From NCBI RefSeq assembly GCF_009914755.1, contig NC_060929.1: DNA of 64,000 bases. The stretch is one strand, 5' to 3'. Below are positions 54,354 to 64,000 of this stretch, piece after piece. A model generated the notes under the pieces. The model saw only the letters and a program-made list of their open reading frames with translations. It was not told the DNA's origin and searched no databases. The DNA is from the human T2T-CHM13v2.0 reference genome, Homo sapiens. Position 1 is the stretch's first letter. Each line of letters begins with the position of its first letter. The translations under genes were made by a program, and so were the position numbers.

Positions 54354-57300
54354 CATATTTAGCAAAGCCCACTCCTTTTGATTGTGGTCTTTGAATGCTA
54401 TTGACTGGGAAAAGCAGCTGCAGTCTTGTCCACTTGGGAAAACATGAGATGTCACTTGGTGTTTGGGGCAAAAATAATACATGTTCTCTGACAAAAATTT
54501 ACAAGAAGTCAGAGTATGGTGCCAATGAGTTTAAAAATTTGTCTTTTCATTCTTACAGAACATGGTTTTGAGGAAAACATACACCAGGAGAGGAAGGAAG
54601 GTGGTTGGGGTAAACCCAAGAGTACACTGTGGGGAGAGTGCTTTTGAGTACCTTTCAGCATTTGATTCTATCAAGGGAAGCAGTGGCCAGGCATGCTCTT
54701 TCCTAATGAATATGATTAATGAAACAACCAAAGTTTCGTTTGTAATAGAAAAGTTTTTGTTCTCCCCTTCCCAAATGGTTTCAGTGATGCATCCTTTTAT
54801 AATTACATTATGACTTTATGCGGAATATTTTGGTCACACCAAAAAGGACATTCCAATTCAAAGTAGGCCTTGTGAATCACAGCACTCAGTATTTTTCTCC
54901 TTTATTTGGAGTCCATGACTGTTTCACAGGATTTTGCAAGCTGTCATTTCCTTACGGATGTGCTTACTAATATCATGTTTAAATCCCCAGGTGAGATTGG
55001 CCGTGGCATCCCTGAGTTGTTATTTCTATACCTCTGTGCAATCTTGTCTCTCCATTGTCTTCTTACGTTTGATGTCAATGTTTAGGCCCATATCCTTTCA
55101 TCAGGTGTTTTCTGATTCAGTCATAATCAGCGGGGCACTCTGCACTTTTTATGTGTAATTCCAAATTGACCTTCTATTGTGTAGATTATAAATGGGGCTA
55201 TAGGTAGGTCACAATGCCAGTTGAAAATGTGATAGCAATGCAACCTTCTCCTTGTACCCACAAAACACATTTTCTCCCTTCTTGTGTGCTATGGTAATAG
55301 AAGGGGAATACTCCGCATGTTCACCCTAAAATGGAGTATTATTTTCTCCTAAACTAAGCTGCGTAAGTCAGACTCTCTAATAGCCTTGGTCATGCTTTTA
55401 AATAAAACTAAATACCTGTCAGCTTTTAAATTTTTAAATGAGTGGTTGTGGACCACATGTGTCACCTATTAAGTGGTGGTGAATGAAGAGAATTAGAAAT
55501 GGTGTTTAAATGAAGCAAAACTTCATTGATTCAGATTAATTAGAGAGATGATCTGTCTAAATTAATGAAAAGTCTGAATTAGAGTGTGTTAAAATTTATT
55601 TTTTAAGCATTTAAGTCCACTGAAATCACCAGAACCAGGCAAAGTGTATATTGGTTGGTGCAGATCATTAGGAGAGCTGATTTAAGACTAGTAAAATTGT
55701 TGTTTTAATTGGTGTATAATTTTATGTTTCTAAGTTTTTGAAAAGCATTGAGATGCAGCACTTAAAAATGTGTCCTCCTGTTGTGTCATTACTTTGGGAG
55801 ACAGGGTTTGGGAAGACACAGAGACCAGCATTTTTAGTAAGCCTCTTGGAAGATCCAGGACTATTCAGTAATTTGGGTTTCTGAAATACGCAGGTCAAAC
55901 ATCTTTGGAATAATGAACACTCATTCGACTATCTAAACTCAAAAAGACCAAAGAGATAATGACTTCTATAGGTATCAGTGGCGATGTAAAGTTTAGGTAA
56001 TCATTGACTTGTTGCCTGACCAAATATCAGATGCAATTATCCAAACATCAGACTGGGTCACGAGACAGTGTTTCGGCTGTCTGGACAGAGACTAATGCTC
56101 ACAAACATGCTTTGTAGTCTATAGGTGCTCTCGGAATTGGGCTTGAAGCTGTGTTGAGACAGAAGGTAGTAGGGAGAAGATCTGGTAGTGTTGCTTTGCA
56201 GAAATGGTCTGCAGAATAGGTCAAGGATGAAAAGGAAACATCTGCCCTATTTTGGATGCAAGCGAAGTGGAATATGAGTTTTGGTGGTAGTGATTCTCTC
56301 TGCTTTAACTTATCATAAAGGACTAAAAAATCTCCTGTGGAGAAATATAAAGCTCTGTGTAACTCTTTAAAGATATTCCATCATAGAAATTGATGACAGT
56401 GTTCTTTTTCCTTTTCCATTTTTATCTTTGTAACTTCCTCATACAGCTCACTTGTTTCATCTTCTCTTTTCCCATAGTGGAGAGAAGCTAAACCCTGAAG
56501 CTAAGATTGTTCTGTGTGCTTGAAGTCAAAGAGAGAATGAACAGAAGAGTAAACAGGGTGACAGTACCCTCCTCTGCAGAAAATAGGGAAGCCAAAATCT
56601 TCATGGCTTGTGTTGTTTTCTTCTATGGAGCCCTGAGTATTGGAAACTCCATGTTATTCCCTTTTCTCTGGTTCTAAACTATAATCAAGTGAATCTTCTC
56701 CCCATCGATTTCAAGTTTGCAGTCACTGAGCTGAGAAGTACAAGTTTGGATTTCTGCATGGTTAATTCAGCTTTCTCTTCTTGGAGGGAAACTGTGTTCT
56801 CAATGAATTAATTTGTAGGAGGAACTTTCTATAACGATCTGAGGATCTTCTAGGCTTATCTCTTCCTGTTGGCTTTTAAAGAGTTGCTGGAGCAGTTCTG
56901 AGAAGAGCAAAGAGCACTCCAAGCTGCCACACTCTAGTTATTAGCCAGACATGAGCCCTATCTAATTATAAGACCCTTTAGCCCTTCAGTCCAAATATAT
57001 CTGGAAAAATAACATGATGCCTGCTATTCAAAAAGACTTAATAGCAACAGATGTGGTATAAAAAGAATAAAGAAAATAATAATCATGACCAACAGTACTA
57101 TCTATTTTGTAATGGAAACTTCCATGGGAAATCAAATTGCATTTGACTCCCAATGTTTGGTTCCAGTCTTTTAGCCCAAAGCCCTAATAACATCCATTGT
57201 TGAGATTGTTGGTGTTTCAGTCTTCTTTATACCTTCCTGTCTCACTCCACTCCTCCTCATTTGGAGGGACTTCAAATTAGAAGATCCTAGCACATGACCT

Positions 57301-60300
57301 AAAGATCACTGGATGTCATTAACCAAAGCACAGTGTTCCTGATTGTCACTAAATGACTGATAAAGAGCAGAAACCCTGAGGCCACCGCACATAGCAAATT
57401 TAATTCTTAGAGGGCTGTGAAAAATGCTAAGGAGATGGGATTGGGATTCTCTGCAGCCATGTCTGAGAGATCAGTTAAGGAAAACTGTACCTGATTATTT
57501 TCTCCCCCAGGCAAGAGCATTGCTTTCTGTAAGCCAAATTGGATGCTTATGAGATGTGAGCTTACTGAATATTCATTCCCAGCTCTCTTCATCATGTCCT
57601 TGTCTTCCCTTTTATTTTCCTTTGACTTATAATTGGTGTTTTTGCATATTTATGATCTGCTTTGTTTTAAGCTGATGACCTGTATCAAATGCTATAACTT
57701 TTCTCCTTTGACACTGTGCAGTTAGTTCATAGAAAAAAAAAAAAACTGTCATTAAGTGATGGCATTTCCCTCATTACCAGGAGCCTGGCTTTGCCCTCAG
57801 CCTGCAGGGTGCTGCCTGGTGTCTGCTTGGGCCATTTTAGTTTGCCACCCCAACATGAGGTTAAGAATTAGAATAGTAAACTCTTTAAAATGCATAACAT
57901 ATCAAAGCCATAACAAGGGATCTGAGTGGTCACCTAACTCGTGATAATTTCTCAAATGTTTAAAGACAATGACCTGATACCCTTAAATGTTTTCTTCTCA
58001 GGTGAAATAATCCTCAGAGGGGTCACACTTGTGCCTCATGACCTGGATGAGAGCAGCCTGACCCTCCCCTCACTCTCCTCTAAACACGCACAGATGCATG
58101 AGCTGAACCAGTAAAGACTCCACAGGCGTATGGTCTCCAAGAACTTAACATAACTTTAAATGATGAAAGCACTTTACAGCATAAACACAAATGCTTTATA
58201 AAGAAAAAAATTAGTTTCTTAAAAAATAACATGTGTCTCTTTAGAAATTCCTCAAAAACACCTTCCCCATCCCCTAGAGGGGGTTGTGTGTGTGGTGGAG
58301 AAATCTGACTGTATGCGTATGAATAAGGGCTGTGTAGAATATACAGGGACAATCTGGAGAGCCTCTCCTGGCCTGGGGACAGCCCTCAGGTCACTTAATT
58401 GTTTGTACCTTTTGTTGCCTCGTCTATAAGATGAAATAATAAAACAAGTCCATTCTCCTGATTGCGCTGCTCTCTGTACTCTTAAATGTGAAAAGATGGA
58501 AGGTATATTTAGAAGGGCTATGGTGGTCATTATGAAAGGAGCAAAATAATAATAATTTGCTAGTAGATACCACCCTTCCCAGAAGTACAGGATTCATTAA
58601 TTTGCATCCTCTGAGAAGCATGTGAAGTGTTGACAAATCACCCCACGTTTACATCAAGAGATGATGGGGTGCAGCATGGACAGCAAGCCTCTGTGAGGAT
58701 ATGTGGGCGTGTGGGCACGGTTCCACTTACACAGATTCCAGACCCCGCGCATACTCAATTTCAAGACCTGGTTTTAATCTTCAGGGTAAACCTTGACTGC
58801 TATTATTACCTTAAATAATTTATTTTCCTCCTAAGACATCTCTGGAGGCCAAGTTCCTCTCCTGTTTTCTGACAGATGTGAAAGTAGCTAAATGAAGCAA
58901 GAAGATAAAAGGAGACATCAAGATGGTATGATGTTATAAAACAAACTCAACATTGTGGAAATAGGATTGTTTGTCAGAGGTTCTGCTTAACAGTCTTCTG
59001 GAAAATAAAATGCTTTGATATTATTTTTGAAAAGAAAATTGTAACCTAATCACTTCCTTGCAGCCCTAGGTCTTGTATAAAGTCATTCCATGCATGCATC
59101 ATTTTAAAATAAAAATTATTTAGGACATCAATTGTATTTGTAAATGTGTGTCATTATCAAAATGCCAAGGTCAATTCAATTAACCTTAGAATACAAGGAT
59201 GAAACCGGGTATCAGGAACAGGCTTATAATTTGATAAGTTTTCCATCAGAAAAGACATATCATATTCTATTTGACATTAAAGCCCTACGTTGTATATTGC
59301 TTAAAAGTTTTCCTTTGAATATATAAATTAAAAATCAGTAAAGGCATTCTTTCCCATTATCTACAGACAGGAGGGGTTCAAATTACATTTGTTGGAAGCA
59401 ATGCAGCATCCAGAATGAATGACTCCAAGAAGGTTTTTCCTTACCTGCTGTGGCAGTGCAAGTGTGCCAGTAGAATGTGGCAGTTGGAGAGCATTGGCTG
59501 GAAGACAGGCAGCAAGAAGTGCAAAGCCTCATTGCTCTCCAGGGGGCCTCCTCTTGCTTGGGATGAGCTTCTGTTGTCAAATGTTTGGAAACCTCTCAAT
59601 GGACAAGAAACGTTGGCCTGGTCAGCTACACTGGCTCTGTGCACAGGGCCAGGCAGCACAGCGGGGAGCACCCTGAATTCAGTCTACTGTTAGGGTTCTG
59701 CCACAGAGGGGGCACTACCCTATACAGGCTGCCCCAGCGTGGGGGAAGAAAGGCCTATGGCAATAAAGGAAAGAGCCGTGACACTCAGGGCCAACTGTTC
59801 TGTTACAACAAGGCCCTCTGAGCCAAGAGAATTCAGAGGAAATAAGTGGGGAGTGGGATTCTAGGAAAACAGGACAAGGCAGCACTCACATTCCAGAGGA
59901 TAGAGACTCATATTGGAGTGTCAGTGTCGGTATCAAAGTACCCCATTTCTGTGCCCTGCAGAGGAAGCCCAGGGACAGATGATGGCTTCATTCAGTTCTG
60001 TTGCTTACACTTGGTTTTTATTTTGGAGAAATGTACTCCCTAAAATGTTGACGGGTTTGCTTCGAAGGCATTTTCTGAGGAGGAAGAGAAAAAGCTCTCA
60101 TGAATAATCACTGAGTTGCTTTTATTATTATTTCAGCCACACCTAATAAGGAAGGAGTTAGTATTTTCTAACTCTGAGCAGCATGGTTTGCGTTGGCTTC
60201 TCTCATTTCCTGCATTCTTTGGTGCACTGTTCTTCAAAGCATATCCAGCAATGACAAGGTCTGAAGAATTTTTAGTAAAGCAGATGGCCATTTTGCAGAA

Positions 60301-60574
60301 GCAAAGTATGGCAGGACTTAATTGACAATGCACCATTGGACACGGTGCTGAAATCAACTCCTGTTCAGCTAGTGGAGGGTCCCCTCTAATCGGAAGCCAG
60401 GAAGGTCATCAGGGCTTTCCACATGCTCCAGGACTGACATTCCCAGAAAAGGTGATGCATCAAAGTATGGCAATAAGAAGGAAGAGAGCCCTGTGATGCT
60501 AGAAAATGTGTAGAAGTAATACTGAAGACTGCCACATTGCTCTGAAGTGCTGGGCTGCTGCACCTCCTTACACA

Positions 60575-60735
60575 CAGACTGTGAGCACATAGGCCTTCCA
60601 CACAGAGCACGTGTGTTACCTGCATATCACCTGCACACACATCACTCAAGCATGCATTTCACACACAGATTACACACAAGTTATATGCATGTATGCACAC
60701 CACATGCATATACCACACACAGACCACACACACAG
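60575..60735. repeat. CA-rich low-complexity tract
   Basis: Degenerate CACACA/CATGCA repeats. Confidence 0.7.
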
Positions 60736-61824
60736 AGCAATTCCCAGCAAAGATTTTAATTATCCATACTAATGTGGAGGAGATAAAATATAGATGCATA
60801 ACTGGACATTATGGGGGTTAGCTCTAAGAATGTGGGTGCGTTTTAGGAACTCTCTGGCCCCAAATCTCTGTGAAATGAGTGAGTTACATGGAACAGCCTT
60901 GAAGGCCCCTTCTAATCTGCATCATTCTGGACCCCACTTCTATTGTGCATTTGCATTTATTCAGAGAGAACCTCGTCACATCATTCTTTTAATTTCTAAC
61001 TCTGTCCTCTTTTTTCTCTGTATCCCAAACATTTATTTTGTAGGACTTGAGGAGGCTAATAATTAATATCACTGTTTTCCTCCTGTGTTCAGAACCCTTT
61101 GAGAGATAGACCAAGGCATTGGGTAGATGGAGAACAAAATGTCACCTTATTACACTTACACCTATTTGGAGAGTACAGTTAGGAATAAATGATCTTGCTG
61201 ATTATCCCCTGAGTTTACCCATCTTTCCCTACAGCCATCTGTCCCCAAATCAAGGTCTTTCCCAGCACAGGGGCAAGTGGCCCACTAGGTCCACTGCTTG
61301 GCTGAGAATGCAGGACATGGAGATGACCACCCACTTCAGGGAGGAAGACCCTGCTTATGGGGGAGGATGGGGTAAGATGCAGAGGGTTCATATCCTTTTC
61401 CCAAACCCTCAAGTTAGACCAATTTCTCCTGCTCTCCTTGGGAGGACTGTCCTCCCCCACCGCATAGAGAAGGAGGACAGCTATGATTCTCTGTTCAGTC
61501 CTGTCACAAGGAACCTTGAAGATTTAGAAATAAAATTCCCATAATGGGTTCCAGCCACTCCTGCTCACCACGTTGGATGATTAATGTGATAAAGTGGTCT
61601 GTGTTTTGGGGAGATTCTTAGGGAGGAGCATAGGATATTCGGAACTGATGCCACTGACTTGTTATTAAAGCCACTAGTGACCTGTCTTGGTGGGAATACA
61701 AGTCATGTGGAAATGGAGGGTAGGGTGGGTTTTAACCAGATGTGTCTATCCACTCACAGGTAGACCTGTAGGTCTTGCCATGAACACACAAGAGCTTGCT
61801 CTATGTAAATAGTGGGTTACACTA

Positions 61825-62410
61825 AAAAGACCATTGTCATACACTGTTGATGATAATGTAAATTGAACATTTCCTGAGAGCAATTTTGCAATACATATCA
61901 ATAACTTAAAAATACTTCTGGCTTTTCAGTAATTTTGTCTGAGGAAATGATCAAATATGAAGCCAAAGCTTTATACATGTGGTTGACCACTATAGCATAA
62001 TGCAATGCACAGAATATTAATAAGTATTGAACAATATGGACATATCTAAAGGATGATACAGTCACAGAACTGAATATTATCTAAGAATTTAAAATGTTGT
62101 TTCTACAGAACTTACATGAGCTAAAAAATATTTTATTAAATGTTAAAGCAAAGCACAAAACTACATTCAGAATGAACTGAAGCTTCTTGGAACAAGATAG
62201 AGGTCTTGACAAAGTAAAGTATGCCACCAATTTTGAGAATACAGAGGAAAATGGAGTAGGCAGACAAGGCCGTATGGAAAGCAGAGTGTTCTGCTTGGGC
62301 AGGACAATTATAGATTATTTTTAGTTTGTCTTTATATCTTTGTTTTTCTCCCAAATTATATGAACATGAATTGTTTTTATCATGAAAAGAATAATGAGTT
62401 ATATGTTTTG
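61825..62410 (+). mobile_element. Ancient L1ME-like 3' fragment
   Basis: TCATACACTGTTGATGATAATGTAAATTG...TTCCTGAGAGCAATTTTGCAATACATATCAA. Confidence 0.55.
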
Positions 62411-62489
62411 AAAGACTACCATATTTCTACATAAACAAAAGATAATAGGTGAATGTCACTTATCCAGGCTCAGCAAATACAGTTTTGGT

Positions 62490-62860
62490 GTGAGGGCAGT
62501 TTGTATCACAATAATGCCGCATAACAACCATGAAATCTCAGAGGTACACAATAATAGACTGCAGGTTGACTAGGGCAGCTCTGCTCCATGTGTCTCTCAT
62601 CCTGGGACTGGTGGGCTACCCGGAAGTGTTCTTTTCCTAATGAGGTGCAAGAGAGTGACCTGAAAAACAAAAGGTCTCCTAATCCTGGGCTGGATCTAGC
62701 TCGTGATTATTTCTGTCCACATTGCATTAGCCAAAGCAAAGCAGATCTCATGGCTAAGCCCAAAGTCAAGGGAGGGACTGCAAAGTCATCTACCAAAGGG
62801 CATGGATCCAAGAAAAGGGCAGAACTCTTCTGGAGATTGATGTTTTCTGTTAAGCAAATA
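62490..62860 (-). mobile_element. Old MLT1 (H/I-like) LTR fragment
   Basis: AATAATGCCGCATAACAACC...CCACATTGCATTAGCCAAAGCAA...CATGGCTAAGCCCAAAGTCAAGGG. Confidence 0.6.
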
Positions 62861-63002
62861 AAAATGTTACTTTGGAAACAGAAGTAAAATTAACTTCCTG
62901 CAGTTATCTCTCTGAAGACTGTTGCTAATGTGCACTTTGTTTTGATTGTATTCACAAGTGAGAAACAGTTACCCTATTGAGCAGCTCTTTCTGTCTCTTT
63001 AG

Positions 63003-63152
63003 ATCCTGGCCAATGTGATCATTTTCATCTGTGGGAACCTGGCGGGAGCCTACCATAAGCACCTCATGGAACTCGCTCTTCAGCAAACATATCAGGACAC
63101 CTGTAATTGCATCAAGTCGCGGATCAAGTTGGAATTTGAAAAACGTCAACAG
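63003..63152 (+). CDS. ADCY2: ADCY2 internal coding exon (likely exon 4): last TM helix of the first membrane cluster plus the helical linker towards the C1a catalytic domain
   Basis: Polypyrimidine tract and AG at 63001-63002, 150-nt open frame ILANVIIFICGNLAGAYHKHLMELALQQTYQDTCNCIKSRIKLEFEKRQQ, donor CAG|GTAATG at 63153. Peptide recognised as adenylate cyclase type 2. Phase 0/0. Confidence 0.96.
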
Positions 63153-64000
63153 GTAATGGATGTTTCATCTTACATCCACATTATTTTAGTCATTATTAAA
63201 ATGATGCTGTTACTATTAATGTTGAGTGTCGTTCATTCATTCATGAGCTTCAGAAAAATCAGAGAAGAAACCCTGGGCTCTGCACCTGGGGAGTGTCTTA
63301 GTCTGCTTAGTGCTGCTATAAAGGAATACCTGAGGTTGGGTAATTTACCAAGAAAAGAGGTTTATTAGTCTCATGGTTCTACAGGCTGCACAAGAAGCCT
63401 GTGCCATGTCTACTTCTCGTGAATGCCTTTAACTGCCTCCACTCATGGATAATGGGTAATGTGCAGGGATCACTTAGCGAGAGAGGAAGCAAGAGAGAGG
63501 CAGGGAAGGAGGGGCAGTGCCAGGCTCTTTTGAACAACCAACTCTCATGGGAACAATAGAGTGAGAAACTCCCTCAAACTCCCTTCCCAGGGAGGGCATT
63601 TATGTGTCCATGAGGGATCCACCCCCAAGACACAAACACCTCCCACCAGGCCTCACCTCCAACACTGGGGATCAAATTTCAACATGAGATTTGGAGAGGA
63701 CAAGCATCTAAACTGTAATAGAGAGTTATGATCAAAAGAGCAAAGATTGCATCTTCCCCATGCAGCCTTCAGACCAAGGGACCCAGGATCACCCACAGCC
63801 AGATACGCCAACCATCATCAACAAGTGGCTGGGGAAGTCAAATAAGAACAGTTCGTGAAAATGCTCACTTCTGGTTAGTGTTTATGACAAGCATTTGCAC
63901 CAGCAGAAGTATGAGCCTCCCCCTCATCGCCCCCTCACCGTGCTGTGCCATCACAGCACTTCCTACAGCGCCTGTTGTCCACATAGGATGAAATGTTGGA
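63153..64000 (+). other. ADCY2: ADCY2 downstream intron (5' part)
   Basis: Starts with the GTAATG donor after the exon and contains an MSTB-like LTR. Confidence 0.9.
63294..63720 (-). mobile_element. MSTB MaLR solo LTR
   Basis: TGTCTTAGTCTG...TGCTATAAAGGAATACCTGAGG...CCAACACTGGGGATCAAATTTCAACATGAGATTTGGAG; flanks GGGAG / GAGAG. Confidence 0.88.

Noticed and set aside
59699-59719. GCCACAGAGGGGGCACTA as a CTCF site
   Set aside because: The 3' half matches but the 5' half is out of register by one base; too weak without data.
61119-61544. 141-aa ORF and the other 60-170-aa ORFs in unique sequence
   Set aside because: No recognisable domains or convincing splice structure, and many use non-ATG starts; consistent with chance ORFs in intronic DNA.
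63015-63368. 117-aa ORF as a standalone protein
   Set aside because: Only the part up to 63152 is ADCY2 coding; the rest is intron read-through into an MSTB LTR.

Overview
This is human genomic DNA, almost all of it one very large intron of ADCY2 (adenylate cyclase 2, + strand). It contains a single 150-bp coding exon at 63003-63152 (ILANVIIFICGNLAGAYHKHLMELALQQTYQDTCNCIKSRIKLEFEKRQQ; probably exon 4, numbering from memory). The rest is unique intronic sequence and interspersed repeats (L1, L2, MIR, Alu, MaLR/ERVL LTRs, DNA transposons). The short ORFs in the track look like chance or repeat-derived ORFs; the 681-aa ORF is the 3' half of L1 ORF2p. I found no support for a new gene or a wholly new biological system. 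The most notable structures are retrotransposition products: (1) a 5'-truncated L1 carrying a 114-nt 3' transduction that looks like an ERV1 LTR R/polyA region, all inside one 16-bp TSD (10388-11226); (2) a young L1HS-Ta1 insertion with a perfect 18-bp TSD (40597-42985), a candidate presence/absence polymorphism; (3) an AluY joined to an L1 3' end inside one TSD pair (49557-50019); (4) a Ricksha (MULE) DNA transposon with readable transposase remnants (21002-22596); (5) a diverged ~150-bp local duplication with a CTCF-like motif in the spacer (29556-30125). Repeat subfamily names come from recalled consensus sequences, not from a search, and boundaries of old repeats are approximate.
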